Shown: positions 46,047 through 57,054 of the stretch, piece by piece | Position numbering within the stretch: position 1 is the stretch's first letter | Layout: each line of letters opens with the position of its first letter | Assembly (NCBI GenBank): GCA_965219575.1 | Contig: OZ244779.1 | Span: 780,769-844,768, forward strand | DNA from: Candidatus Oxydemutatoraceae bacterium | Lineage (GTDB): Bacteria; Pseudomonadota; Gammaproteobacteria; Poriferisulfidales; Oxydemutatoraceae | Direction of reading: 5' to 3' | Length of the DNA: 64,000 nucleotides | Translations under genes and position numbers: made by a program | Notes under the pieces: generated by a model | The model's database searches: none | The model's input: only the letters and a program-made list of their open reading frames with translations | What the model was told of the DNA's origin: nothing

Positions 46047-47074
46047 GATGGTACGACCGCCTTTGGTATCGTGCACCGCGTTATTGGGCGTGGCCGTTGT
46101 TGCCGTTATCGTTGCTTTATCGCATCGCATTATTCCTCAGGGTGTATTATTATAGATTCAAAACACCGCAACAACGGTCGGTGCCGGTCATCGTAGTGGG
46201 TAATTTAAGCGTCGGCGGCACCGGCAAGACCCCACTGGTAATCCACTTGGCAGAACGCTTTCAAGCGCACGGTGTCAAGGTCGGTGTGGTGAGCCGTGGC
46301 TACGGCGGTTCGGGGAGTACGGGTGCCCCTATAGAAGTTAACGACGATACCTCGTTTCGAGTGGTGGGTGACGAACCGAAGCTCATTTATCGAAAGACCG
46401 GATGCCCGCTTGCGATCGGCAAAAAACTTGCTCAAGCGGCACAGCTTTTAATAGATCGGCATTGCGTTGAATTGATTGTATCGGACGACGGATTGCAACA
46501 CCGCAATTTGGCAAGAACGGTAGAGGTTGCCGTCGTAGACGGTAGCAGAGGTTTCGGCAACCGCTATGTGTTGCCTGCCGGACCTTTGCGCGAACCGGTA
46601 TCCAGAATCGAGGATGTTTCGTTTGTGGTCGTCAACGGAGATGTGAAGTCGGAGCGAAACGACGAATTGTCATCGCATCGACATCGTTATCGTATGCAGT
46701 TGAGGGCGACGAGCTTATATACACCGGTCTACGATAAGCATTACCCGACCGATCATTTCAACGGGCAGCGCGTACACGCATGTGCAGCACTGGCAAATCC
46801 CGAACGTTTTTTTGAAACCCTGGAGTCGCTCGGCATGTTGCCGATCAAACACGCTTTTAGAGATCATCATGCTTATCGCGTGGTGGACTTCAAGTTTGAG
46901 GACAACTTGCCGGTGGTAATGACCGCCAAGGACGGTGTGAAATGGCTGGAACTTGCCGAGCAAGGTCATAAAATAGCAGCCGATGTTTGGATACTTGAAA
47001 CACAGTTACAAATAGACGAGACATTTGAACGAGCGTTGTTTGCCGAACTCGGAATATCGCAAAAACACCCATAG
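46043..47074 (+). CDS. lpxK: Tetraacyldisaccharide 4'-kinase
   Basis: VGNLSVGGTGKTP, SRGYG, GDEP, DDGLQH, LPAGPLRE. Confidence 0.96.
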   Translation: MRWYDRLWYRAPRYWAWPLLPLSLLYRIALFLRVYYYRFKTPQQRSVPVIVVGNLSVGGTGKTPLVIHLAERFQAHGVKVGVVSRGYGGSGSTGAPIEVNDDTSFRVVGDEPKLIYRKTGCPLAIGKKLAQAAQLLIDRHCVELIVSDDGLQHRNLARTVEVAVVDGSRGFGNRYVLPAGPLREPVSRIEDVSFVVVNGDVKSERNDELSSHRHRYRMQLRATSLYTPVYDKHYPTDHFNGQRVHACAALANPERFFETLESLGMLPIKHAFRDHHAYRVVDFKFEDNLPVVMTAKDGVKWLELAEQGHKIAADVWILETQLQIDETFERALFAELGISQKHP

Positions 47075-47084
47075 GAGTTAATCA

Positions 47085-47790
47085 TTCCATTCCTGTGGAA
47101 GGGTGGCAGGTTGAGCCTGACAGGGTGGTCGCTAAGGGGGGCTGTTGAAAAAGTACTGGCATCGCAAAAATCTAACCGCTTGCGCTGTGAATATTTGCAA
47201 ACCACCCGTAGGGGCGGACTAACATGTCCGCCCGTAACGCGTTGTGCCTACACGATTTATACATTCATCCATCCAATTTATGGAAACCAAAACCAAATGG
47301 CGCAAATGATTACGGTTGTTCTGGACGGTACTTAAGGGCAGACATCAAAATTGCCGATTGACCTACTGGCTCAATCGGCGGCTCTGTTCTGCCCGAAACG
47401 TATCATGTTTGCACGATTAACGCATTCACCCATTAATATTATGGAAACCATTATTTGTTAGCGCAAGCGGTTGGTGTCGTGCAGAACGTTACTTAAGGGC
47501 AGACACACAGGTCTGCCCCTACGACTTTGTGGTTATCATAATTATGTGGCGCAAAGCGGTTTAATTCGTGTAAAACGGTACTTTTTCAGCAGCCCCACCA
47601 CACAACCACCCCGTCAGGGTTCGCCTGCCACCCCTCCACAGGAGGGGAATGTACAGATACTGCGCTCATGCAGACATGCTACCACTACCCCATGAAAAGG
47701 TTTTACATTTTGTATTATGTTGGGGTTCTGCACAATGTTACGTCGATTGACCTACATTGGTTTAATCGGTGGCTTTATCCTGCCCTTACA
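47085..47790. repeat. Largest nested composite repeat
   Basis: C(+) 47085-47129; TIR 47138-47154; REPs 47208-47233, 47336-47394 (hairpin D inside) and 47497-47522; inverse TIR 47580-47596; C(-) 47605-47649; inverted E+D 47688-47785. Confidence 0.9.
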
Positions 47791-47840
47791 AAAAGGGAAA
47801 TACCCTTTAGAGCGGATTTGGGTATATAATTCTCATCGTT

Positions 47841-48050
47841 ATGGATAAACAGTTGCTTGATATTCTGGTTTGCCCGCTTACCAAAGGTGCGTTGATTTAC
47901 GATAAGGAAAAGCAGGAACTGATTTCGTTGTCGGCGAAGCTCGCTTATGAAATACGCGACGGTTTGCCGGTGATGCTATCGGACGAGGCGCGACAGTTGT
48001 CCGACGAGGAATATGAGCACTATAAAAAGAAACGAACTCCCGCTACCTGA
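47841..48050 (+). CDS. Trm112 family protein (YcaR)
   Basis: [31 protein letters not shown]; between lpxK and kdsB. Confidence 0.92.
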   Translation: MDKQLLDILVCPLTKGALIYDKEKQELISLSAKLAYEIRDGLPVMLSDEARQLSDEEYEHYKKKRTPAT

Positions 48051-48765
48051 TTTCAAGGTTGTCATCCCGGCGCGCTATGCGTCGCAACGTTTTCCCGGTA
48101 AGCCGCTACACGAAATTTTTTCTAAGCCGTTAATACAATATACCTACGAAAATGCAATACGAAGCGGTGCCGACGAAGTGATCGTTGCAAGCGACGACCG
48201 AAGGATCATTGATTGTGTTCATGATTTCGGCGGTGTTGCGTGCCTGAGTTCGCCGGCACATAAAACCGGTAGCGACCGATGTGCCGAGATAGCCGAGACC
48301 GGAAACTGGAACGACGAGCAAATCGTCGTCAACTTGCAAGGCGACGAACCTTTACTCGGTCCGCAAGACATACGTACTGCGGTTCAATGCTTATGCGCCC
48401 ATCCCGGCACCGATGTTGCAACCCTTGCCGCACAGGTGTCGGCGAAAGACCTATCATCCGATAGCGTGGTGAGCGTGGTTTGCGATAGCGAGTGGTTTGC
48501 TTTATACTTTAGCCGTGCAGGGTTACCTGCGGGGGGCGAAACGGGTTTGCACCACATAGGAATTTATGTATATTATTGTAACTTCCTCAAGCATTTTGCC
48601 TCGCTTGCGCAGCCGGAAATAGAGCTGAGCGAAAGTCTCGAGCAGTTGCGGGTGTTATGGTACGGTGGCACGATTTATGTGGGAATCGTCTCGGCATCGT
48701 CGCATGTTTCGGTGGACACCGAGGCGGATGTGCCCAAACTGGAAAAAATGTTGCAGAGGTCTTGA
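48013..48765 (+). CDS. kdsB: 3-deoxy-manno-octulosonate cytidylyltransferase
   Basis: [41 protein letters not shown]. Confidence 0.95.
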   Translation: MSTIKRNELPLPDFKVVIPARYASQRFPGKPLHEIFSKPLIQYTYENAIRSGADEVIVASDDRRIIDCVHDFGGVACLSSPAHKTGSDRCAEIAETGNWNDEQIVVNLQGDEPLLGPQDIRTAVQCLCAHPGTDVATLAAQVSAKDLSSDSVVSVVCDSEWFALYFSRAGLPAGGETGLHHIGIYVYYCNFLKHFASLAQPEIELSESLEQLRVLWYGGTIYVGIVSASSHVSVDTEADVPKLEKMLQRS

Positions 48766-48828
48766 AAATATATAGATGCGACCCTAGATAAGGTTGTTCA
48801 AATACGCTTAGATTGATAAGCAAAAACA

Positions 48829-49758
48829 ATGTTAAGAGTAAAAGATTTACATAAACGATTCGATAGTTTTGTTGCGGTAGACCGCATTAGTTTTGATGTC
48901 GCTGCCGGCGATATTTTAGGCTTTCTCGGCCCGAACGGTGCCGGTAAATCGACGACGATGAAGATGATTTGCGGCTATCTCAAACCGACTTCGGGCAGTG
49001 TCGGCATATACGATCACGATATAGATACCGATCCCATAGAAGCGAAGAGGCTGATAGGCTATTTGCCCGAGGGTGCGCCGACCTACGGCGATATGGTCGT
49101 TAAAGATTTTCTCGGCTTCGTTGCCGAAGTCCGTCAACTGGATAAAGAGCAGACCCGTAACGGCTTGGACTATGTGATAGAAGAACTTGCCCTTCAAGAC
49201 GTATTGATGCAACCCATAGACACCTTATCCAAAGGTTTTAAGCGCCGTGTCGGTTTGGCGCAAGCACTGATACACGACCCTAAAGTTTTGATTATGGACG
49301 AACCCACCGACGGTTTAGACCCGAATCAGAAACACCATGTAAGGACTTTGATCAATTCCTTAAGCACGAGCAAAATAGTCGTTATTTCCACCCATATACT
49401 GGAGGAGGTTACCGCCGTTTGTAACCGAACCTTGATTATTGCCAACGGCAAACTGTTGATCAACACCACACCCGATAAATTATTAACCCAATCTCGTTAT
49501 CAGAACACGCTCAGTTTATATGCTAAAGACGAGGCACTCTTGGCGGATCTAAAAACCATGTCCGGTGTAAAATCGTTGGAATACGACACACTCAGTAAAC
49601 GTTGGCTGGTGTTCGTAAAGAATCGAGAAAAAATGAATGTCTATAATCAAATTCAAAGCTGGATGTCGGGCAGAACCCCCGAGGTTGACGACTTGAGGTT
49701 TGAACACGGCCGCTTGGACGATGTGTTCAGAAAAATAACCGAGGGCAGTTTGGCATGA
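48829..49758 (+). CDS. ABC transporter ATP-binding protein (GldA-like)
   Basis: GPNGAGKST, LSKGFKRRVG, MDEPTDGLDP. Confidence 0.93.
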   Translation: MLRVKDLHKRFDSFVAVDRISFDVAAGDILGFLGPNGAGKSTTMKMICGYLKPTSGSVGIYDHDIDTDPIEAKRLIGYLPEGAPTYGDMVVKDFLGFVAEVRQLDKEQTRNGLDYVIEELALQDVLMQPIDTLSKGFKRRVGLAQALIHDPKVLIMDEPTDGLDPNQKHHVRTLINSLSTSKIVVISTHILEEVTAVCNRTLIIANGKLLINTTPDKLLTQSRYQNTLSLYAKDEALLADLKTMSGVKSLEYDTLSKRWLVFVKNREKMNVYNQIQSWMSGRTPEVDDLRFEHGRLDDVFRKITEGSLA

Positions 49759-50489
49759 AGACGATTTATGCGATTATGAAAAGGGAATTGTCGCACTATT
49801 TCACGACCCCGCTCGCTTATGTATTCATTATCATATTTTTGATGCTCGCTGCGACCTTTACTTTTTATTTGGGCAACCTATACGAGCGTCGGCAAGCCGA
49901 TTTAGTGCCTTTTTTTCAGTATCACCCGTGGCTTTACCTGTTTTTAATCCCTGCTATATCGATGCGCTTGTGGGCGGAAGAGAAAAAGAACGGTAGCATA
50001 GAGTTGCTGATGACTTTGCCGATCAGCATCACGCAGGCGGTGCTGGGCAAGTATCTCGCGGCGTGGTTATTCGCCGGGTTGGCGTTGGTGCTAACATTTC
50101 CGGTTTGGTTAACGGTCAATTACTTGGGCGACCCGGACAACGGCGTTATATTCTCGTCTTATCTGGGCAGCTTTTTAATGGCAGGTGCGTTTTTGGCGAT
50201 CGGTTCTTGTATTTCCGCAACCACCAGCAATCAAGTGATTGCGTTTATCATCAGCATCGTTATTTGTTTTTTATTTATTACTACGAATTTTCCCTTCGTG
50301 ATCGATTTCTTTAAGCTGTGGTTACCGCAAGTCTTACTGGACACTATTACTTCGTTGAGCTTTTTATCTCATTTTAGCTCCATCAACAAAGGCGTGATAG
50401 ATCTTAGAGACCTGATTTATTTTATGTTGATGATAGGTTTTTGGCTCGCCGCCAATGTCGTTATTTTGGAAAACAGAAAGCAAGAGTGA
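49755..50489 (+). CDS. ABC transporter permease (GldF-like)
   Basis: RELSHYF.TPLAY, PAISMRLWAEE..GSIELL. Confidence 0.9.
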   Translation: MKTIYAIMKRELSHYFTTPLAYVFIIIFLMLAATFTFYLGNLYERRQADLVPFFQYHPWLYLFLIPAISMRLWAEEKKNGSIELLMTLPISITQAVLGKYLAAWLFAGLALVLTFPVWLTVNYLGDPDNGVIFSSYLGSFLMAGAFLAIGSCISATTSNQVIAFIISIVICFLFITTNFPFVIDFFKLWLPQVLLDTITSLSFLSHFSSINKGVIDLRDLIYFMLMIGFWLAANVVILENRKQE

Positions 50490-50495
50490 CAAGCG

Positions 50496-52451
50496 ATGCA
50501 ATTTTTATCTTCTTCTAAAAGCATTTGCATATTGTTGGCAGTATTGTTTTTGGTGCTGATCACTTTATCCAATATGCTGTTCAAGCACACGCGTCTGGAT
50601 CTCACCGAAAATAAAATATATACCCTGTCCGAGAGTACCCGCAACATCGTATCGGCGGTAGATCAACCGCTGAACCTGTACTTGTTTTTCACTCAGGAAT
50701 CGAGTAGCAACAACCCGTTTTATCGTAAATACTATCAACGCGTGCGCGAGATTTTGGAAGAATACACACTTTACTCCGACGATAAGTTGCGGCTCAATTT
50801 CATAGACCCGGAGCCTTTTTCGGAGGATGAGGATCGCGCTGCCGGTTTCGGCATACAACGAATCCCTCTGGAAGATAGCGGCGATGTATTGTACTTCGGT
50901 CTAGCCGGCAGTAATGCAGTCGGAGATGTAGAGACAATTCCTTTCTTGGACCCGCGCCGCGAAGTCTTTCTGGAATACGATATAGACAAACTGCTTTACA
51001 CGCTGATGAATCCGGAAAAACCGGTGATAGGCTTGATGTCTACGCTACCTATGTATCCGGTAGAAGGTTTGGGTGCCGGGAGTCAACAGAATCCGTGGGT
51101 GGTTATAGAACAAATAGAACAACTCTTCGAGGTTGAATTGGTCTTTACCGACACCGAGCGTATAGACGAAGATATCGATGTGCTGATGGTAGTGCACCCC
51201 AAAAACTTGGGAGATAAAACGCTCTACGCAATAGATCAATATGTGATGCGCGGCGGCAACGCAATCTTTTTTGTAGACCCCTTCGCCGAAGTAGACGAAA
51301 TCCCGTTACCCGACGGTATACCGATGCAGGATTTAACGGTCAAGAGTTCGACATTGAACCCTTTATTTAAGAAGTGGGGCTTCGAAGTAGCCGAGCGTAC
51401 CGTGGTGACCGACTTCAATCATGGTTTGCAGATAAGCGTCTCGGGACAGCGACCCCAACGGAACATTCTTTATTTGGGTTTGAACAAAGATAGCATAGAC
51501 CGAGACGATGTGGTTACTTCGGCACTGGAGCAGGTCAATTTTGCGATAGCTTCGCATGTGCAGGTGTTGGATGAGGAAAAGATAGAAATGACACCACTGA
51601 TTTATACCAGCAAGGAGTCTTCGCTGGTGCCGTTGAACATATTGCGTTTTATGAGCGATCCGTCGGAACTGGAAAAAGGATTTAGTGCCTCCGAAAAAGA
51701 ATATCCGATTGCCGCCCGTATCAAAGGCGAAGTCGACAGTGCTTTTGACGGTCCGCCTAAAGAGGAGGAAGAGGAAGAGGGCGAAGCGGGTGCAAGCGTA
51801 GAGGATGATGCAAGTGCCGAGGAAGATAAAGCCGAAGAAGAGAAAATAGCCGAGAGCGAATCCGATTTGCCACCGCATATAGCGAAATCGGACGGTCCGG
51901 TAAATCTACTCGTCGTTGCCGATGTCGATATTCTGAGCGACCGTCTGTGGGTTGTCGTGCAGAACTTCTTCGGGCAGCGTCTGTATCAGCCGATAGCAAA
52001 CAACCGAGACTTCATAATCAACGCCATAGACAATATGACCGGGGGTAAGGATTTAATAGGAATACGTAGTCGCGCAAGTTTCAACCGCCCCTTCACCAAG
52101 GTATCGGAAATAGAGCGAGGGGCTGTGGTCAAATACAGAGAAGCAGAGCAGGAATTGGAAAGCAAGCTCAGAGAAACCGAAGCCAAACTGCAAGAGTTGC
52201 AGGAGCAACGCACCGACCGCAAGAAAGGTGCCAACCTATTGAGTGCCGAACAGATGCAAGAGTACCAAAAGTTCCAAAACCAGAGACTGCAAACCCGCAA
52301 ACAGCTTCGTGACGTTCAATATAATCTGGCTAAAGATATAGACCAGCTGGGACGCGACCTTAAAATCATCAATATCGCCGCAGTGCCGGCGGTAATCACC
52401 GCTCTGGCACTGATTTTTGCATTCGTTAAACGACGTCGGCAAAGACGATGA
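50496..52451 (+). CDS. GldG-like ABC transporter auxiliary component
   Basis: RLDLTENKIYTLS, IDPEPFSE, AIDQYVMRGG..FVDP; TM at both ends. Confidence 0.85.
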   Translation: MQFLSSSKSICILLAVLFLVLITLSNMLFKHTRLDLTENKIYTLSESTRNIVSAVDQPLNLYLFFTQESSSNNPFYRKYYQRVREILEEYTLYSDDKLRLNFIDPEPFSEDEDRAAGFGIQRIPLEDSGDVLYFGLAGSNAVGDVETIPFLDPRREVFLEYDIDKLLYTLMNPEKPVIGLMSTLPMYPVEGLGAGSQQNPWVVIEQIEQLFEVELVFTDTERIDEDIDVLMVVHPKNLGDKTLYAIDQYVMRGGNAIFFVDPFAEVDEIPLPDGIPMQDLTVKSSTLNPLFKKWGFEVAERTVVTDFNHGLQISVSGQRPQRNILYLGLNKDSIDRDDVVTSALEQVNFAIASHVQVLDEEKIEMTPLIYTSKESSLVPLNILRFMSDPSELEKGFSASEKEYPIAARIKGEVDSAFDGPPKEEEEEEGEAGASVEDDASAEEDKAEEEKIAESESDLPPHIAKSDGPVNLLVVADVDILSDRLWVVVQNFFGQRLYQPIANNRDFIINAIDNMTGGKDLIGIRSRASFNRPFTKVSEIERGAVVKYREAEQELESKLRETEAKLQELQEQRTDRKKGANLLSAEQMQEYQKFQNQRLQTRKQLRDVQYNLAKDIDQLGRDLKIINIAAVPAVITALALIFAFVKRRRQRR

Positions 52452-53506
52452 AATCCAAGCCACTGGTTTTTATCGTGCTTACGATTGTGGTTTGTGCCGC
52501 TGCCGTTGTTATGCTGGTTCGTGAACAAGACAAAACGCAAGAGCCGCAAAAACTTTTTCCCGATATCGCGACCGATACGGTCAATGTAATCGGCAGACTG
52601 AACGAATTGCACTTTGAGCAAGGCGGGCAAACCCTGAGTATACAAAAAAGTGACGAGGATATTTGGCAGGTTGTCGAAAAAGACTATTTTCCCGCCGATG
52701 TGACGATGATACGCAGTCTGCTACGCGCTTTGTCCGAAGCGGAAAAAATAGAGGAGATGAGTTCGCGCCCGGAAGATTTCCCTAAGCTCGGCGTTGCCGA
52801 CCCCGATGCGGAAGAAGGGGCGGGTGTTTTAGTGGAGATTAGCGATGCGGATCGTAGCTGGCAGCTTATCGCAGGCAACATCGCCCCGCACTTGGATCAA
52901 GGACAATATATACGGCTTCCCGATGAAAATCGTAATTGGATGATCAACCGCCGTATGGAATTGGACATGGAGATCGATAACTGGTTGGATAAATATATCG
53001 TTCATATTCCACCCGAGGACCTGCATCGTATTGTCATAGTGCGGCACGACGACGAGACCGTAAGCACTATGACTTTGGTGAGACCGCTAAAAGGAGGCGA
53101 CTTCAAGCTGGAGAATTTATCCGAAAATCGTAAGATGAAAAGCGACTACCTGATACAGCAAATCGCCGCTGCGGTCGATTATCTGCAATTCAAAGAAGTA
53201 TTTCCGAAGGACGATAGCTTTTTGTTACCCGATAGGCACATAAACGCAACATTCACCACTTTTGACGGCTTGGAATTCGGCATACAGAGTTACCAATTAG
53301 ACGAGGAATCTTATGCGACCGTGTCGGTTGCTTTCAACGACGATATTGCATCGCAATACGACACCCTCGCAGAAACAAGAGCAGCGATACAAAGCGACAA
53401 CGAATACCTATCGCAACTCTATGCAAATTGGTACTACAAGCTACTGAGCCCCACATACGACTCGTTGGATATGGAGCTTGACGACCTGACTACCGAAGAA
53501 GAATAA
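52448..53506 (+). CDS. DUF4340-like protein
   Basis: N-terminal anchor; position after a GldAFG-like operon. Confidence 0.7.
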   Translation: MKSKPLVFIVLTIVVCAAAVVMLVREQDKTQEPQKLFPDIATDTVNVIGRLNELHFEQGGQTLSIQKSDEDIWQVVEKDYFPADVTMIRSLLRALSEAEKIEEMSSRPEDFPKLGVADPDAEEGAGVLVEISDADRSWQLIAGNIAPHLDQGQYIRLPDENRNWMINRRMELDMEIDNWLDKYIVHIPPEDLHRIVIVRHDDETVSTMTLVRPLKGGDFKLENLSENRKMKSDYLIQQIAAAVDYLQFKEVFPKDDSFLLPDRHINATFTTFDGLEFGIQSYQLDEESYATVSVAFNDDIASQYDTLAETRAAIQSDNEYLSQLYANWYYKLLSPTYDSLDMELDDLTTEEE

Positions 53507-53522
53507 TCACCCGTAGAGAACT

Positions 53523-53690
53523 ATTTTCCTCCTGTGAAAGGGTGGCAGGCGCAGTGTATCTGCACAAGGTGCAGTGTCGGTACATTCCCCTCCTGTGGAG
53601 GGGTGGCAGGCGCAGTGTATCTGCACAAGGTGCAGTGTCGGTACATTCCCCTCCTGTGGAGGGGTGGCAGGCGCAGCCTGACGGGGTGGT
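53523..53690. repeat. 61-bp tandem repeat (about 2.5 copies) built on the CCCCTCC hairpin module
   Basis: Unit ATTCCCCTCCTGTGGAGGGGTGGCAGGCGCAGTGTATCTGCACAAGGTGCAGTGTCGGTAC. Confidence 0.92.
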
Positions 53691-53713
53691 CCAATCGCAA
53701 ACCACCCGTACGC

Positions 53714-55078
53714 TTACACATCTCTGGCTAAACGCTCGGCAATACCCGTATAATTTTTCGGTTCGATAGAAAGCAATAATTTTTTCTCGCTATCCGGCAA
53801 ATCGCTATTTTCTATAAATTGTCTGAGCGTCTGCAACGACACAGCTTGTCCGCGTTGCAGCTGCTTAAGTTGTTCGTAGGCATTTTGCATACCGTACTTT
53901 CTTAACATTGTCTGTATCGCTTCTCCCAGTACTTCGGGGTGTGCCGATAATTCTTCCGCAATCCGTTTGCGATTTACTTTGAGCCTATTCAATCCCGTGG
54001 TTATGGAATCGAGTGCTATCGACATATAAGCAAAGACCGTACCCGACGACCGCAACACCGTTGAATCCGATAAATCCCGCTGCCAACGAGACACCGGTAA
54101 CTTATCCGACAAGTGTCTTGCCAATGCAACTGCAAGGCCTAGATTGCCTTCGGCATTCTCAAAATGTATGGGATTGACCTTGTGGGGCATCGTCGAAGAG
54201 CCTACTTCTTGGTCTATAGTTTTCTGCCCGAATATTCCGAATGAGATATAAAGCCAGATATCTCTGCATAAGTCCAACAAGACATGTGCGATACGCGCAG
54301 TCGCATCCATCAATTCGGCAAGTTGATCGTGCGGTTCTATTTGTGTGCTGTAGGGGTGGCGAACCAATCCCAACGATGCCAGATACTCTTCGCTCAGGCG
54401 ATGCCAATCAACTTTGGGATAGGCAACATGGTGCGCGTTGTAATTGCCGCTTGCACCGCTGGTTTTAGCATTTATTTTAATCGCAGCGAATTTTTCGGTT
54501 TGCTCGTGCAAGCGGTAGCAAAAGTTTGCCATTTCTTTGCCTAGCGTGGTCGGCGATGCCGGTTGTCCGTGGGTTTTGGCTAACAGTGCGACATCGGCAT
54601 AACGCGTTGCCATATTTTTCAAACTGTCCCTGACGCGATGCATATAAGGTAGCAAGCACTGCCCGCGAGCATCTATGAACATCATGCCGTAGGCGGTGCT
54701 ATTAATATCTTCGGATGTGCATGCAAAATGAAAAAAGTTGGATAGTCTGGAGAGCTCGGGCATCGCCTGCACTTGGCTAACGATATAGTATTCCAATGCC
54801 TTGACATCGTGCTGAGTGGTTTTTTCTATGGTTTTGATTTGAATCGCTTGTTGTTCTCCGAAGTCGTCTACCAGTTTGGTTAAAAATGTTTTCGCTTGTT
54901 CGGAGAGTTCGGGGATTTCGTTTATTTCTTTATGCGCAGCTAGAAACTTAAACCACTCTATTTCTGCGGTTAAACGGTAACGCATCAGCGCATACTCGCT
55001 GAAAAAATCGGCAAGTTCTTCGTTCTTATCTCGATAGCGTCCGTCTATGGGACTGATTGCGGTAATTTTAGATAACAT
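53714..55078 (-). CDS. purB: Adenylosuccinate lyase
   Basis: ISPIDGRY, HFACTSEDIN, THGQPASPTT, GSSTMPHKVNP. Confidence 0.97.
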   Translation of the reverse strand: MLSKITAISPIDGRYRDKNEELADFFSEYALMRYRLTAEIEWFKFLAAHKEINEIPELSEQAKTFLTKLVDDFGEQQAIQIKTIEKTTQHDVKALEYYIVSQVQAMPELSRLSNFFHFACTSEDINSTAYGMMFIDARGQCLLPYMHRVRDSLKNMATRYADVALLAKTHGQPASPTTLGKEMANFCYRLHEQTEKFAAIKINAKTSGASGNYNAHHVAYPKVDWHRLSEEYLASLGLVRHPYSTQIEPHDQLAELMDATARIAHVLLDLCRDIWLYISFGIFGQKTIDQEVGSSTMPHKVNPIHFENAEGNLGLAVALARHLSDKLPVSRWQRDLSDSTVLRSSGTVFAYMSIALDSITTGLNRLKVNRKRIAEELSAHPEVLGEAIQTMLRKYGMQNAYEQLKQLQRGQAVSLQTLRQFIENSDLPDSEKKLLLSIEPKNYTGIAERLARDV

Positions 55079-55225
55079 CGTCGGTTGTGGTATTGTAAAA
55101 ATTTAATCTATAGTAGCACAGAATACCGCTTATTCCCCTCCTTGTAGCTGCGGCGGTTCTATGTAATATAATAAACGGCAACGACAATTAAAAAATGATT
55201 GAACCAACCCTTTTTTCATAAAGCA

Positions 55226-56590
55226 ATGAGTAAATACAGAATAGAAAAAGATAGCTTGGGCGAAGTTAAAGTATCCGAGGACAAGTTATACGGAGCTCAA
55301 ACACAACGGGCGGTAGATAATTTCCCGATCAGCGGTTTGACCATGCCGTCCGCCTTTATACGCGCGATGGGATTGATTAAATATAGCTGTGCCGAAAGCA
55401 ATGCGCGCTTGGGGTTATTGGATAGCAACATTGCAGAGGCGATTGCACAAGCTGCCGGCGAGGTTGCAGCGAATAAGCACGATGCACATTTTCCCATAGA
55501 TGTATTTCAGACCGGCTCCGGTACCAGTTCGAACATGAACGCCAACGAGGTGATTGCCAAGCTCGCTTCGGAGATCGCCGCTTCGGCCGTACACCCTAAC
55601 GACCATGTCAATATGAGTCAAAGTTCCAACGATGTGATACCGACGGCGATACACTTGAGTGCCTGTCTGTCGATCGAGGAAGAATTGAAGCCGGCACTGA
55701 AACATCTGGCGGATTGTATCGCCACCAAAGCCGATGAAGTCTCGGATAAATTGACGACCGGACGCACCCATTTGATGGACGCGATGCCGATCGGCTTAAA
55801 GCAAGAATTGAGCGGCTGGGAAGCGCAAGTGCGTTATGCGATCGAACGCGTCGATTCTGCGATGCAGCGGCTTCGTGAGTTGGCTCAAGGTGGTACTGCG
55901 GTCGGTACCGGTGTAAATTGCCCCGACGGTTTTGCCGATTTATTTTGCGGTATTTTATCCGAGCAAGCCCGAATAACTTTTGTTTCCAAGCCGAATAAAT
56001 TTGAAGCACTTGCGACCCAAGATGCGGCGGTGGAATGTAGCGGACAACTAAAGACCGTCGCCGTCGGTCTTACGAAGGTTGCCAATGATCTGCGGTGGAT
56101 GAATTCCGGTCCTCTGGCAGGTTTGGGTGAGATTACTCTGCCCGTATTGCAACCCGGCAGCAGCATTATGCCGGGCAAGGTGAATCCGGTTATTCCCGAA
56201 GCGGTTGCGATGGTTTGCGCCCAGGTCATAGGCAACGATGCGACGATTACGATTGCCGGACAAGCGGGCAATTTTCAACTCAATGTGATGTTGCCGGTTA
56301 TTGCGTATAACTTGTTGCAAAGTATCGGTATGTTGAGCAATGCGGCGCGCGTATTGGCCGACAAGGCGATTGCCGATTTTTTAGTCAACGAAGACACTTT
56401 GAAGTCCGCCTTAGAAAGAAATCCGATATTGGTGACCGCGCTCAATAGAGTAATAGGCTACGAGAAAGGTGCTGCGATTGCCAAGCAGGCGTATCGGGAG
56501 CGTCGTCCGATCCTCGATGTTGTTTTAGAGCAAACCGAGCTGAGTAGAGAAGAAGCGCAAGCGTTGTTGGACCCTGCCAAACTCATCTAA
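55226..56590 (+). CDS. fumC: Class II fumarate hydratase
   Basis: RIEKDSLG, QTGSGTSSNMN, GRTHLMDA, GSSIMPGKVNP. Confidence 0.93.
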   Translation: MSKYRIEKDSLGEVKVSEDKLYGAQTQRAVDNFPISGLTMPSAFIRAMGLIKYSCAESNARLGLLDSNIAEAIAQAAGEVAANKHDAHFPIDVFQTGSGTSSNMNANEVIAKLASEIAASAVHPNDHVNMSQSSNDVIPTAIHLSACLSIEEELKPALKHLADCIATKADEVSDKLTTGRTHLMDAMPIGLKQELSGWEAQVRYAIERVDSAMQRLRELAQGGTAVGTGVNCPDGFADLFCGILSEQARITFVSKPNKFEALATQDAAVECSGQLKTVAVGLTKVANDLRWMNSGPLAGLGEITLPVLQPGSSIMPGKVNPVIPEAVAMVCAQVIGNDATITIAGQAGNFQLNVMLPVIAYNLLQSIGMLSNAARVLADKAIADFLVNEDTLKSALERNPILVTALNRVIGYEKGAAIAKQAYRERRPILDVVLEQTELSREEAQALLDPAKLI

Positions 56591-57021
56591 AAAGCCTTTC
56601 CATTGGGTGGTTGTAGCGTGGGACTGTTGAAAAAGTATTTCATAGAGTGGTAGGGGCGGACTTATATGTCCGCCCGAACACGTGTCGTGTCAGCATAAAT
56701 AAAATCGTACGCCATCCGATTTATGGAAACCAAAACTAAATGGCGCAAGCGGTTGGTGTCGTGCAGAACGGTACTTAAGGGCAGACATCAAAATTGCCGA
56801 TTGACCTACTGGCTCAATCGGCGGCTTTATCCTGCCCCTACGGCTTGGTGGTTATTATAAATTCACGGCGCAATCGGTTACGGTTGCACGCTGACGGTAC
56901 TTTTTCAACAGCCCCAGCGGGTCTGCACAAGTTAATTCCCTTCCTTCGGAGAGGCGGACATGTTAGTCCGCCCCTACGGTTCGTGGATACTTTTTCGACA
57001 ATCCTGTGCCGATTGACCTAC
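56591..57021. repeat. Composite nested repeat
   Basis: TIR 56620-56636 and inverse 56899-56915; REP 56650-56675; REP with hairpin D 56779-56841; inverted REP 56953-56977. Confidence 0.88.
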
Positions 57022-57054
57022 GAGTGGTTATCGTAATTCGCTGTGCGGACGATG

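Noticed and set aside
47208-47522. CRISPR-like REP/spacer array
   Set aside because: The two linkers are homologous to each other and to other repeat copies, as in BIME/REPIN structures
47111-47695. Short ORFs inside composite repeats (also 53490-53769 and 56794-57036)
   Set aside because: Chance translations of non-coding repeat modules
51761-51860. Purine-rich low-complexity stretch as a separate element
   Set aside because: Encodes an in-frame acidic linker of the GldG-like protein
53523-53690. CRISPR array
   Set aside because: Intervening segments are identical rather than unique spacers, the unit is a dispersed repeat module, and no cas genes are present
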